A stretch of 64,000 nt of DNA from NCBI RefSeq assembly GCF_009914755.1, contig NC_060947.1; one strand, 5' to 3'. The notes under the pieces were generated by a model that made no database searches, was not told the DNA's origin, and saw nothing but the letters and a program-made list of their open reading frames with translations. Position 1 is the stretch's first letter. Each line of letters opens with the position of its first letter. This document shows positions 12,430 to 25,849 of the stretch, piece by piece. The position numbers and the translations under genes were made by a program. The stretch is from the human T2T-CHM13v2.0 reference genome, Homo sapiens.

Positions 12430-13411
12430 CACACCAAAAATTTGAACAGAGCTTTAATGTTAAAAAGAAAAAAAAAACTTAAAGAATTTTTAGTTAAATA
12501 AAAAGTTATTAACCACTGAAAAGATAAAAAGAGAATTCTAGGAAGTAGCAGAGGTAGCCATTGCTAAAAGCTACTACAACCTCTAAGGCCGAAGGACAAA
12601 AGGGAAGACGTTGGAATTATTGAAGCTTAGAAACTAAAGGAAGACCTCTCATAAAGCTGCTGTCCTAGTCCATTCCTACTGCTATAACAAAATACTTTAG
12701 ATTGCAGATTTGCCTTGATCTTGGGCTTCCCTGCTTCTAGAGCTGTGAGAAGTAAATTTCTGTTATTTATAAGTTACCCAGTCTAAAGTATTTGGTGTCT
12801 GGTGGGGGCTTGCTCTGTGCTTATAGATGGTGCTTCTTGCCACATCCTCACATGGTAGAAGGGGCAAATGTTGTATCTTCACAGAGCAGGAAGAGCAGAA
12901 GGGAAAAGGGGCACTAGGATGCTCCCTTCAATGTCTTTTATGAAAGCACTAATCCCATTCATGAGGGTAGAGTGCTCATGACTTGATCATTTTCCAAAAG
13001 TTCCCACCTTTTAACACTATCACATTGGGTATTAGGTTCCAACATATGAATTTTAGAGAAACGCATGCATTCAAACCAATAGCAGCTGATGTCTCTGGGA
13101 CCAACACCTTTGAGGAGGGGCACTGCTCAGCCACAGGAACAAACTCCTGCTGCTGCAGTGATGAAGCATTACTGAGGTAGCATGCACAGCAACTGCATGC
13201 TGACACCCTGCCTTCAGAAAAGCAAAACTGGAAGGAGTAAGTTCTGTTGTCTTCCTCCTGACTTTGTTTCCCTCTAGTGCCTCCTATTGAAAGAGGCTAT
13301 CAGGGAACAGCTGGCAAAGCAGACATGTAGGACACAGAGTCCCAGCCCCAGCACCACAGAGCAGAATCTGGAAGGGTTGGTTTTTAGCTAAATAACAATA
13401 ACTTACCTGGC
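12430..13411 (-). mobile_element. LTR33-like ERVL LTR remnant, interrupted by an MST LTR
   Basis: cagctggcaaagcaga...agagtcccagccccagcaccacagagcaga...gaagggttggttt matches the reverse of the recalled LTR33 start; left boundary uncertain. Confidence 0.55.
12661..13084 (-). mobile_element. MSTC/MSTD-like MaLR solo LTR with an internal micro-inversion
   Basis: tgtcctagtccatt...gctataacaaaatac...cattcaaaccaatagca; TSD GCTGC/GCTGA; about 12711-12793 is in the opposite orientation. Confidence 0.85.
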
Positions 13412-14584
13412 ATAGCTCCTTTTGGGGTGGGGTTGGATTCTCAGCACAATCTCTTCTATTTTAAATGTGATCTATTTTCTTTTGTTACCCTGTTATACAC
13501 ATAAAATACATCCAGCTGACTTGGTTTCATTTTCTCCCTCCTACTAACCCCTCATCACCACTACTAATAATAAGAATTTGTACTATTGCTCTTTCTTGCA
13601 ATACCTTTCTTATTTTCATTGATCAAATTTCTTTCAATATGTATACTAGGGTGGGCAAGTGAAATAACACAAAGGAAAGAAATGTTAAATCAGGCTCACA
13701 TGAATCAGAGATCTTAATAACTTCAAAAATACAAATAATTGTGAAGCACAGGTGATACATGGAGAGGGCTGGAGCCACTCACTCATGTCCTCATGCATAT
13801 TCTTGTGTAGGGTGTACTTTGTTTCAGATTTAACATATGAGGCTCCAACCGATGTCTGCTGCTACAGTAGTTACACAGTGGGGAAATGTTTTGGACATAA
13901 AACATTTTTATCTTATATGGCATAGACGACATTTCCATGTCCTATAAATTAGTAGATTTCAGTCCTGTTTGCCATAAGCAATCCTAAACAGACCAGGCAC
14001 ATCCTGCTAAAATAATCTACAGATAAGGAATCTCCCACCAGCCTTTAGTTTGTTTGCCAAGAGGTCTGTCATTAGCATGTTTTCAAATAAATTTATTCAT
14101 CTAATCTTTTTGAGAAAGACAATGATTGCTGGTCTACTGGCCAACTATTTCCTACCCAGCAAGTGAGATGAAACTGACAAGAACTAATGCTTGAATATAT
14201 TAATTGAAGACGAGTAGAACAGAAAGCTGAGGGCAGAGATGCATGGGCAAGCCAGTTTGTGCTGGATGTGACAGATATTTTCTTTACAAAAGTGGGGAAA
14301 GGCTAGGTTAAAATTGGCAAGCCTAAGGCAAAGGGCAAGAGCAATTCTGGGGAATCACAACAGGAGTAAGTTGACAGATTATAAGGGAAATTTGGGGGTA
14401 GGGGATTGATAGGAGGCAGAATGCAGGTCAAACTCAGGGACTCACAGACTATATAGGTGAAAAAATTCCCTAGGGATAATGTAGTCCAACCATTTGTTTT
14501 TAAAGATGAACAAACTCTTCATTGATTTGCTCCTGAGTTGCTCTAAGTTGGTTAGATGTGCCACAAAAGGTTTCCTAGCACATG

Positions 14585-14706
14585 TTTCTCAAACTCAGCT
14601 GCCTACACATAGAGGTGGGGACAAGCTTTTCAGAAATGCAAAATGCTGGACTCCCACTTCAGAACTACTTGAATCAGAATCTGAGTCTGGGATTGGGATT
14701 CAGTGC
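14585..14706. mobile_element. MER5-like MITE split by an AluY (resumes at about 15002-15045)
   Basis: tttctcaaact...agaaatgca...tgaatcagaatct. Confidence 0.5.
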
Positions 14707-15001
<295 letters not shown>

Positions 15002-15270
15002 GGGATTCAGTGTTTTTAAGACACTCCACTATAATGTTCTACTAATGTTCTTCATGGCTTTGACACCAGTTACCTGCACTACAGATCAAATATAGTAGGA
15101 CTTCCCACAGTGTCCTGTCTGGGAACTGCCAACAGTCTTACAAATCTCTAGACCCTTAAGGAGAATTGAGACACTGTCTCAGAGTACTAATATGAAATGT
15201 ATGGTCTGTATCATTGGGTACTAGACAATTATTACTGTAGATTTTTATTTATCTATTTAAGATTATGTCC

Positions 15271-15784
15271 TGTGTCAGTTGTCTATTACTGCTAGGACAA
15301 ATTACCACAAATTTGGTGGTTTAAACAACACAAATTTACTATCTTACAGTTCTGAAGGTCAGAAGTCTGAAATGATTCTCACTAGACTGAAACTGAGATG
15401 TCAGCATGGCATCATCTCTTTCTGGGGGCTCTAGAAGAGAATCTATTTCCTTGCCCTTTCCAGCTTTTAGTGGGCAACCCACATTCCTTGGCTTGGGCAT
15501 CCTTCCTCCATCTTCAAAGCCAGTGATAGCGGGCTTTCTCACACTACCATTTCTCTGATTCTTTTTTGCCTCCCTCTTCTAGTTTTATGGATTGTTGTGA
15601 TTACATTAGGCTCACTTGGATAACCCAGGCTAATGTCCCTATTGTAAGGTCACCTGATTAGCGAATTTGATCCATCTGCTATCTTAATTCTCCTTTGCAA
15701 TGTAACGTAACATATTCACAGGTTCTCAGGAATTAGAGCATAGACATCTTGGTAGATGGGGGAGGCATTATTCTGCCTACCACA
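15271..15784 (-). mobile_element. MLT1D-like MaLR solo LTR
   Basis: acaaattaccacaaatttggtggtttaaacaacac...cattattctgcctaccaca; TSD TGTCC/TGCCC. Confidence 0.85.
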
Positions 15785-16725
15785 TGCCCTATTTTCCAAA
15801 TTAGGCTTCCAAGAGGACAGGTCTACATGTTATTCTTTTAATTAGAAGGGTGTTTGCTGAAGCAATCATTCAATAATTAAGGTTGAATTTGGGCTAAATG
15901 CTGAATGAAAGTATCTTCATTTCCTAGTTTTATTCCCCTAGAAAGGATTCCTTCATGTGACTTAGTTTGCATTCCAGAATAATTTTATTAAGTGGATTTT
16001 AATAGAAATATGACACATCCATTTACTATAACTTATATCAGAGTCTAAAAACATGATTTCTGCCTATTTAGATCAATTTACATCCTTCCAAAGCTGTTAG
16101 TTCTCCAGGAACATGTTCTTCTCATTGTCTGATTCTGTAAATATTTCACTGCCCCAAGAGTCCCTGGAATTTCTGGCAGAATGAGAGTTCAGCAAAATCA
16201 TCTTCCTGTTTAATCATTGTTGTTGAGAATAGAAATCACCATTCTTTTGTCAATAGGACATGGTTCCTGTCTGTTGCTTTCCACTCTCTCAGCATCTTAA
16301 ATTTAAAAAAAATCAAAATCAAACAATGCCTGAATGCAAAAGAAAGCGGTATTAGCTATTTCCACCCCAGTATGGAGTTTGAATAGTGTCTTGATTTGGT
16401 TGTCATTTAGAAGCAACGACTTTATGTTCCACAGTCTCGTGAGGCAAGAAGTTCTTTCCTACAAAGGGGAAATAATAGTATTCCTACATTTATCACAATA
16501 GAATAACGCTTCCTGAACTCCTATTTTAATATTTAGTGACTCAATCAGGGAGTATTTGTTAAGCACTATACTTGATAAAAGACATCTAAGACATAAAAGT
16601 CACCTAAAAGAGGCTTAAAATAGAGTGAAAATATACACCAAGTTGGAGGGAAAGAGCTTCTGTACAAAGGCTAGAATTAATTGAAACTTTTCTATGCCAT
16701 GGAAACATATTTGCATCAAATAATA

Positions 16726-17076
16726 TGCTATGGTCTGGATGTTTGTGCCCCCCACATTCATATGTTGAACCCTAATCCCTATTGTGGTTATATTAAGGGA
16801 TGGGGCTTTTGGGGAGGTGATTAGGTCATGAGGGCTCCACCCTCATGAATGGGATTAGTGCCCTTGTAAAAGAGAAATAAAGGAGCTTGTTTGCCCCTTC
16901 TTCCATGTGAGAATGCAGCAAGAAGATGCCATCTTTGGAGCAGGGAGTGAGCTCCCACCAAACACTTAATCTGTTGGTGACTTGATCTTGGACTTTCTAG
17001 CTGCCAAAACTGTAAGCAATAAATTTCTATTGATTCTGAATGACCCAGTCTAAAGTATTTTATTATAGCAGCCCAG
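16726..17076 (+). mobile_element. MLT1A-type MaLR solo LTR
   Basis: tgctatggtctggatgtttgtg...catgagggctccaccctcatgaatgggattagtgccc...aataaatttct. Confidence 0.88.
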
Positions 17077-17080
17077 ATTT

Positions 17081-17109
17081 ATCATCATCATCATCATCAT
17101 CATCATCAT
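17081..17109. repeat. (ATC)n microsatellite
   Basis: About 9 ATC units. Confidence 0.9.
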
Positions 17110-17669
17110 AGCCTCAAGTCTCAATTTGCCAAGGCAATGGGTTGAAAAGATAACATGGTTGTGTAAAAAATCATTGATCCCAAAATGTGGTTTTATCCAA
17201 GGATTTTAATTTCCTCCCCAATCTCGTATTTTTAAGCAGAATCAATAAGTCAACCAAACTAAGTTGAATATCATTTTCTTCCCCTCATTTAACCTTTCCA
17301 GTAATGCCAAATGACAATTTCTTTAATTCACAGATTCTTGCTTTGATCTAAAATCCTCTTGAATGCTTCTTCCCTTAAATCTCCAGTTTCATTTATTTTT
17401 AAGAGACTGACTTATATGAATGCAACTGACTTTTTCAAGTAATATAGATTAAACATTTCTGGGTGGCCACACTTATTTGGATTACACTGGAGGATTCTCT
17501 TTGAATTATGCTAATTTTAGCACCCACCCCATCAGCAAGTAAGTGGCATGGGTGTGAGTTTTAATCCTTTATCTAGGTTTCTTTCTTTCACCATGGCTGA
17601 GGTAACAGCAAAAAGAAAAAAGAAAAGAAAATCTTACTCCCTTCCTGGAGTTTGAACTGTGCAAGACTA

Positions 17670-17805
17670 TTTTTATATATACTTATTTTTTGGAGATGGG
17701 ATCTTGCTATATTGCCCAGGCTGGTCTCAAATTCCTGGGCTCAAGCAATCCTTTCCCCTCAGCCTCCTAAGTAGCTGGGACTACAGATTTGTGACTATTC
17801 CTGGC
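17670..17805 (-). mobile_element. FLAM monomer
   Basis: gagatgggatcttgctatattgcccaggctggtctcaaattcctgggctcaagcaatcc...gctgggactacag. Confidence 0.82.
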
Positions 17806-18292
17806 TGTACAAAGACTTTCCATGTAAACATATCTTATCCATGTTGTGACTTCCTTCCGCTAATGATCTCCCCTAGCCATTACTACTGAAAGTGTACAGT
17901 GTAATGAACTGTTCTGCATGTACAGCACTGTTATAAGACGAGGCATTTGTGAGACCCTGATGGATGCTCTTTTTTGTGTAAGTTTAGCTTTAGAGTCACA
18001 ATTTACTTCCTTAATCAGAGCAGTGCTTTTCATGTCATTGAGTAACTTTTATTTGCACAATGTATTCACAGCAATATGCTTTTGCATTTGTAAATTTCTG
18101 GTGCCTTGAACCCTTACAGTAGGATCTGATCATTTGCATTTTTACAATGAGCACCTGCTCTTGTTGTCCCTCAGAACCAAATACTGGTCTTACTCGTGAA
18201 TGGAGGGAAAGCTCATCAGCTTCCTTCAGCTTGCAGAGCTGGACTTAACAGGAACCGGGAATACACGGAGAAGAGGATGATTTCTAGGCAGA

Positions 18293-18300
18293 TGTGTGTG

Positions 18301-18331
<31 letters not shown>

Positions 18332-18336
18332 TTTTT
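18293..18336. repeat. (TG)11-T22 compound microsatellite
   Basis: Read directly from the sequence. Confidence 0.95.
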
Positions 18337-18890
18337 AAGGAAGCTGACCAGTGGCAGCTGGAGTAGCTTTGTTCATTACAGATGTTATTGGCACTGTCTT
18401 TGTAGTTTTCTCTGTGAAGAAGAAATGGAAGATTGGCAGGAAGCTCCACTAGGGGGAGATGACCAGTATCTAGAATTTTGTGTTGCCTTTTATGTCTATT
18501 TGACCACATAGGTCCACCGGTTCTTTTCATTTCATCTTCTCTTGGTCTTGCATTCCATTTTCCTGTGATCAGCTGGGGAACCTTTCACCTCTAGCAGCAT
18601 AAAGTAACAGCATCTGTGATTTGGAGGCGGGGGCAGTAGGCTATTTTCCCAGTAGCCCCAGTCTTTCTGCAGGAGGGGAAAATGAGGTCAAAAGAAAGAG
18701 AACAGTAAAGTCAAGGGATAGAGGTCACCTCCCTTCACCACAGATCCTGCTAGCCCATTGTTTGAGCCTTGGATCTAGTTCATGATAAAAGCTACTGTTA
18801 TGTGTCATGCACTGTGCTAATATTGGCAACAGCCCAGTTGAAAGATGCTAGTATTTTCTCCTCTCTTTTGTCCAAGATCAGACAACTAAG

Positions 18891-19393
18891 TGTCATACCA
18901 GACCCCTATTGACTTCAGTAGGGATGGTACCATGTTTGAAAGGCCAAAGAGGAGTCTCAGAACCAGCAAATGAGACACAGGGTTTATTGAGGTGAATTAT
19001 ATACAGGGTGGTTCAGTAGTGGCAGCCTGGACTCGTGAACTGCTACTGTTTGTAAAAAGCATGCAGTTTACATAGCATTTTCGCTTAGCACTCTCCCCCT
19101 AGCGACCATCTCCTGGCAACCTTCATTCAACCCACACAAAGGGCCTCAATCCCCCGTATGGCCTGCATTCCATGAAATGGGCCAGGACTTCAGATGTTCC
19201 TCATAGGTAAGGAATGAATCTCTCGGTTGGCCACTCCTGAATTCCTTAGCTTGGAACTCCAAACATGCATTCTTCTTACACCATAGGGTCATTGTCAGGG
19301 TATGCTTTCATTGCTGACAGGTGTGTCTGCCATACAGGGTCATTCTCAGGGTATGTTTACATTGTTATTACTGTCAGGTGCATCTGCTATACA
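18891..19393 (-). mobile_element. LTR32-like ERVL solo LTR inserted in a MIR
   Basis: TG...CA termini; TSD CTAAG/CTGAG; minus strand starts tgtatagcagatgcacctgacag...ataccctgagaatgaccct with a ~55-bp internal repeat; MIR resumes ctgaggcacagagatt. Confidence 0.75.
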
Positions 19394-21984
19394 CTGAGGC
19401 ACAGAGATTAAATAACTTAGCCAAAGTTACACATGGGTAATAGCTGGCAGAAAGATTTTAATCCAGGCAACCTGGCTCTAGCACCCACGTTCTCAACCAA
19501 CAAGCTACACTGTCATGCAGTTATTTTACATACCATCTCCACTCCAACCTTCCCACTTATGTGAGGCAGTGAAATTATTTCTGTCACTTCCAGATGATTA
19601 CTGAAAACAAACCAAGCCAAATCCCGGGCAGGCCATGATTGGGTACGAGGGTAGTAAGCTTTGGCTTCAACATTCTGGATAATTGGATCTTATCTCCAGC
19701 TGTATTGTGTCAGTGGCAACTTGACCAAATACTGAGGCTATTTCTCAATCAACATTTCCTTTCTGTAACAGGACTGCTAGGAGGAGCTGCTTCTCAGCTC
19801 TCTCAGTATGGCAAAATGCCTTGAAAATCTTCTTGGGTGATCTCTAGTATAGCCCCTACCCCGTTTACTGAAACTAGGTCAAGTTGCTGAATTTACTAGT
19901 CACAAATTCTGCTGTGGAGGAGTGTACTCCGAGAACATTGCAGATGGGCATTGCCATCCTAAGAGTGAAAGCAACAGTGGATTTCCATGGGCTTAGGCCT
20001 TGAATCTGAAAATAGAGAGGCTTTCATCAGTGACGTGGATAATGGAATAAAAGAATCATATATATAAAGATTTCAAAGGGCCTTAAAGCAATTGTAGGGG
20101 GTTGACTTGCAGCTTGGAAATTGGGTTTAAGTTGAAAGTTGCCTAAATAAATTGCAGTGATCATCAGGTTCAAAGTGTTAGGCGCCTAAGGCTGTCTTGC
20201 TATAGACCCACTGATGAATTTAAGTGTAAAATCATGTCGGTGAAAGGCTGGCTAAATTTGGGATTAGGGAGGTACAGGAAGCCTGTAATCTGTATGATTT
20301 TATAAAACATTGTTTTCTTTGTAATTTAACAATATGTAAGACACATGTGCATTCATTCTTATATCTCTCCAAATAATCGTTTCGTAGACTATTAATGAGT
20401 TGCTTTATCCTTTCTCTCCCTACCCCCTCATTTTGTTTCTCTCCACTCCCACCAGCTCTCATGGGACTATGCAAAACACAGGTAGTCTTATTATTGAGTT
20501 ACAGTTATAAGCCATTGTGAGTAGATTCCTCTCCTAGCCTCAGTTCCAGTAGCTGTGGCATTTTGGGGGTTTCTAGGATACTGTAGCAAAACCAGAGACA
20601 GGTGCAGTTTGCTGTATTTTTGGAAACTACTAATTTTATGATGCCTATTGGCACCAAGAGTGTAGGCAATTTGGGTCTCCTACCCAGGTCAAAGGTATGT
20701 ACTTTTCCAAAGCCGCATATTATTAAGGTTCTGCATTTCCTTTTCAACTCAGTACCTTCATCCCATAATAAGCAATGATTATCAACAGAGGCTAAAGAGG
20801 AAAGCTTTTGGTAGTACATTTGTCTCTTCCTGGGGTCTATCTGGTGATCTTCTCTTCTTATAGGCTCTTTGTACTTTGTATAGTTGATCACAACCATTAG
20901 ACCTACATTCCCAGATGAGATCAGATGCTCACCACATGTGCGCAAGCTTTTTGATCGCTCTTCTGCCTTTCCATTGTCCAGCATCCATGCTCCGTCATTG
21001 GGGCAAATACACAATCACACTGACTCTACCTAGAAAACAGGGAAGAAGAACTTGGTTCCAGCACTGACTGACTATGTTGGAAACACAGAAATTAATTAAT
21101 AATGCTCTAAGACCAAGTGAGTTGTAGCATGTGAATGTTCTTCATAGATATGAACTATACAAGAACCACCAGAGAAACAGAGAGAGTAGATGTTAAAGCC
21201 AAGTTGGGAGTAAAATTTCTGCTGATTGCAAATCTCTGCCCCTTCAGCTGTGTGAAATGATTTTTTCCCCCGAAAAGTTTTCGTGATTGCTTAAAGCATT
21301 TGCTAGTTTTGCTAATGTGATTTGACCTCACTGGGGCTCTGATCCCAAAAGCCTGTCATTTATCTCATACCACACACAGCTGAGGCAGAGAAATTTATTC
21401 CCAGCCAAGAATCTCATAGAAGTTGGATAATTACCCCGTGGCTCAATCCAATTCCATTTGAGTGTCCCCCAGTTTAAGCCTCCCCAACAAATAAATATAG
21501 TATTGATCTGGTGGTTAGCATATGAAATTGGCAATTGTTCTTCCCCCTCTTCCAGATCATTTGTGTGTTTCACATAGTTACCATGACTGAATTTGTCAGG
21601 GTTTTTTCTACTGGGCGTCCTACATTTCTGCAGGTCATGATCTGATCTCCAGGGCTTCTTTATTTCCTGTCTTTCTGAAATATGTGAGTCACTGAATGTG
21701 TCTTAGCTGTGAGCTGGCCTGCCATCCTTACTCTAAAATTGGAGTCTGAGTTGCTGCCTTACATGCGCCAGATTTTGTTAGGGCCAGGGAAACATGTTTT
21801 CTTTCACTTGCAGCAATGCTTTTTGGGTATAGCATTCTGCCTAACATTATCTATTCCCTTACCATTTCCTGTATTTGATTATTATTTCGTTATTATTCAT
21901 AGAACATTACCCAGAAATTATTGCAATATTGTAATTTTATTATTTATGTGAAAACACATATTTGTATAAATTTAACAATGTAAA

Positions 21985-22110
21985 TATCAGTAGAATGTGA
22001 GCTGTTCAATGGCAGGGTCTGTGTTTCATTAATCATTTATATCCTAGCACCTTGAAGAGTATCAGCTCATAGCTGGCATTCAATAAATGCTTTCATTTTA
22101 ATGAATAAAT
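21985..22110. mobile_element. L2 3' end remnant
   Basis: tagaatgtgagctgttcaatggcagggtctgtgt...cattcaataaatg. Confidence 0.65.
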
Positions 22111-22149
22111 TAAAGAATGACTTTGCACTGTTAGATTTTCCCCCATTAG

Positions 22150-22775
22150 TATGTGCTCAGTTGTTTGAAGAACACTTCTATTGTCTTCCCAACATCTATT
22201 CCACCTTTCCCCATGGGAAATAGCAGTAATGCATTTGTTACCAGGATTGGAGTCACCCCAGCTCTAGGGATAATTTTTGACTGGTCTGGGCCTATTGTCC
22301 CAGTGTTAGATACCAAGAAGGGGACACTATTTTAGGTACCCCTAAGAAAGAATGAGATAAAAACGCCAATAATTATAACTACATCAACTGTAAGATGTAT
22401 TTCACTTCAGATATACTGCAATATTACAAATATGCCTCTTACAATGGAAGTGATATGGTGAGTTGGTTTAATCAGAGTGGAGCTTAGGACTTTTGTTTGG
22501 TTGTTTGGTGAACAGATGCCCCTATTCTCAAGTGAGAATGAGGAAACTGTGGCCCTGGGAGTCCCTGGTCATCAACATCCTACAATTCTGAGGGTAGCTG
22601 GCTTTAGATGTGGCCAAAAATTTCAAAGTGATGTAGGATGCTGAAAAGAAGCTAGGTTCTTGACACAGTTCTGCTCAAGATTTCTTCAGTTATGTGAGTT
22701 AATACATTCCCTTTATCACTTAAGCCAGTTCTAGTTTTATTTTTTTAATTTGTAACCTAAAGCATCGTGATTCAC
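22150..22775 (+). mobile_element. Old MLT1 (J/K-like) LTR remnant
   Basis: 3' end cagttatgtgagttaatacattccctttatcacttaagccagtt...ttgtaacctaaagcatc. Confidence 0.5.
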
Positions 22776-23099
22776 GTATGAGTTTCAATAAAGGACACTT
22801 AGCTCAGAAAGGACATCCAATACACTGAACAGGAGTAAGAATTGTTGGGGAAGAAAAATCCAAGCCATAATCTGGGATGAAATATGAATGAAAGAATGAT
22901 ATGCAAGAGGAGTACATCCCTTCCATGCACTCACTCTAGCTAGGTTCTCAGATAGTAACTATTTCTGCTCTTGAGCCAACTTGGAGGACTTTCCATTAGA
23001 ATTGCAGAGGAGTTTTCCAGGGAAACTTTATAAGAAAATAAATTGAAATTGTCCAGTTTGGGGGAAAAGAACAAAAGAAATAATAGAGAGACAGGATAG

Positions 23100-23330
23100 T
23101 GTAGTATTTTGAAGCACAGGGGCTAGAGTCAGATGCCTGAGTTCAAATCCTTACTCTATTGTTTCTCACTCCTAGGACATCAGGCACATTGCTTACTTCT
23201 TTAACTCCTCTTTCCTCATCTGACAAATGGGTCTTATAGAATACCTATTCTTTGCAGTGTCAACAGAATCAAATGAGATTGATACATGTAAAGCACATAA
23301 TGGGTGCCTTATAAATGCTAGTCATTAATA
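23100..23330 (+). mobile_element. MIR
   Basis: gagtcagatgcctgagttcaaatcc...tttcctcatctgacaaatggg...catgtaaagcac. Confidence 0.75.
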
Positions 23331-23969
23331 TTGGAGAAATTTAGAAATCATTTTCAGTTATATTCCATACCCAGAAAAATTCATAATCAGGTGGCCTAGC
23401 CTTGTGAGTGAGTATACAAGAATAAATTAGTTTATGTGAAAGCTCAAAGATTTGGGTTGATAAAAAGGAAGACATTTTGGCCCATAGAAGCTGCTAGACC
23501 ACAAGATAATAGACAAGTAAGATTCTTATTTGTCTACATTATGTAAAATCCTCTATTGAGTTGGTCTAGTAAAACATTTTGAAATAGAAGGCTTGACTTT
23601 GCCTCCCTCTCCCATGGGCTGTTCTATTCTTTCAGCAATGGAATTCAGTAACTTTATTTTTGCCTGGTTGCCCAGTAACCGCCACTTCAGTGCCTCTTTC
23701 TAATTCACGCTTCTTCTCTTCTTTTTCATCTCTTTTGTTGAAAGAAACAAGTTTTGTGTCTATTAATTCAGACTTCCATCTATAGCTATGAATAAAGAAA
23801 TCATTTTTTATGTTTGAAAACACTTGATTTTGCTCAAACGTGTTATAAAATGCTGTGTTTCAAAGAAAGATGCTATAGTCTGAATCAGAGATCAGGGCTA
23901 ATTTTGTGTGTACTGCCTGAAAAGGAAATCAGGTATAAATCCATCTCCAGGTATCTGTAGATCTGGGGC

Positions 23970-24121
23970 TTTGCTGCTCAAAGTGTGGACCTTGATGTAG
24001 CCAGGACATCACCTGGGGGCATATTAGAAATGCAAAATCTTAGCACCCCTCCCCTACTGAACCAGAATCTAAATTTTTTTATAGGTGCTTTAAATAGCTG
24101 CAAAAGTTTGAGAATCACTGC
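23970..24121. mobile_element. MER5A-like MITE
   Basis: ctcaaagtgtgg...catcacctggg...ttagaaatgcaaaatct...aaagtttgagaatcactg. Confidence 0.7.
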
Positions 24122-24688
24122 TCTCTCAGGAGCATATCTGGATAAAGGCAGCTAATTGACTATAAAGCTTATCTTCTGATTGGAAGAAGGCCTCTGTATG
24201 ATTCTATGCTGATAAGTGTTCGTTCTTCATTTTTTGTCTTTTGTATTCTTCTCCTTTGTTACTGAGAGAGAAACCTACCATTTATTAGGAGGGCAATGAG
24301 AACAATAGAGATCCACTGGTGATAAGGAGTGCTATATAACGCTAAGGAATAGGCAGGAAAATATGTCTTCTGCCACAGAAATCTCACAAAATGTAAGGGT
24401 GGCAAGTCTTGAAGAGAACCAGGATTAGATTCAGCAGCTGTTGGCAATGATTGAAGGTTGTGCACCCAGGGATGAGATGGAGTGGGGTTAACAGACCCAG
24501 GGCACAGTTCAAAGAGGTTAGCATAGAGTTAGGTCCCAGGAGGGACTAAGTCTGAGAGTCAGGCTTGACCTAGCGATCTGGAGTGAGTGGTTTCGAGTGG
24601 AACTCTGCTTAGCATGGAGTTAAAGAATTTGCAGAGAAAAAATCAAAGTCAGGAGATAGGAAACAGCTAAGAAAGAGAGGTTCAATAT

Positions 24689-25114
24689 GGCTATAGTTTG
24701 GATGTTTGTCCTCCCAGCCTCACGTTGAAATCTGATCCCCAATATTGGAGATGGGGCCTGATGGGAGGTGTTTGGGTCATGGGAGCAGATCTCTCCCATG
24801 AGGGAGAGCTTGGTGCTGTTCTCACAGTAATGCATTCTTGCTCTGTTAGTTCCCGTGAGAGCTGGTTGTTAAACAGAGCCTGGCACCTCCCACTCTTTCG
24901 CTTGCTTCCTCTCTTGCCATGTGATTTTTGCACATGTCTGTTTCCTTTCACCTTCTGCCATGAGTGGAAGCAGCCTGAGGCCTTCACCTGATGCAGATGC
25001 TGGCACCATGCTTCTTGTACAACCTGCAGAACCATGAGCCACGTAAACCTCTTTTCTTTATAAATTACCCAGCCTCAGCTATTCCTTTATGGTAACACTA
25101 AGGCAACTAAGACA
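24689..25114 (+). mobile_element. MSTB-like MaLR solo LTR
   Basis: gctatagtttggatgtttgtcc...gatgggaggtgtttgggtcatgg...aaattacccagcctcag...actaagaca. Confidence 0.9.
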
Positions 25115-25849
25115 AAAGCCCAAAGCAATAATCAGAAACCAGATGATTCCCAGAAGTTTAAGAGGTATGAAAAAAGTAAAGCAGGAGATATGGGGCATCA
25201 GCCATATAAACAGCTTTACTAAGGAGAATATCTTTTTTTCTTAGCCAGTGATGTGCTCTTGATGAGTGTAGGACATTGAGCCTTGTGTGTGGTTCCTTGG
25301 AAATCTGAAGTTATTATGAAAGGAGGGCTTGTGGCTGGAGTAGAAAGAGAGGGTCACTGGGAGAGTCAGCTGCAAACCCAGAAGCTGTTGACCCAGGTAG
25401 ACTTCTGTGGTGTGGGTGGAAGCAGGGCAAGGCTGGGCAGGAATGATGAAGTCCACTGAGTCAAAGAAGCTAGAGTGAGAAGGGTTAATGGAGGAGCCCT
25501 GGTTTTCCTGATATGCTAGGGCTGAGGAGCAAAGAGTTCCTGAGGATTTTTGGGGGGCAGGAAAGCAACAGAAGGAGGTCAGCTTAAGTCAAAAGGGTAA
25601 GCAGGAGTCAGACAAACAAGGCTGTTGGCCTGGGATGCTGGGATTTTACCATTTGTTCTCTGTGTTCTTTCATAGAGCCTGATCGGCATGAATGACCCTG
25701 AGCATAAATCATATCACAAAGGAGGGCAGAGACTTACAGAGAGCAAGAGCAAGAATCTGCAAATCAGTGAGACTTGGACCTAGGTTTAGAATTTTCTGTT
25801 GTTTAAGTCTTAATCCAAAGGAGGTGATATCATTTTGAATATGGAATAA

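Noticed and set aside
19281-19393. About 55-bp tandem repeat
   Set aside because: Appears to be an intrinsic feature of the LTR32-like LTR end rather than a locus-specific event.
20505-21014. Longest ORF in the track (169 aa, minus strand)
   Set aside because: Non-ATG start, no recognisable domain, no supported exon structure; consistent with chance.
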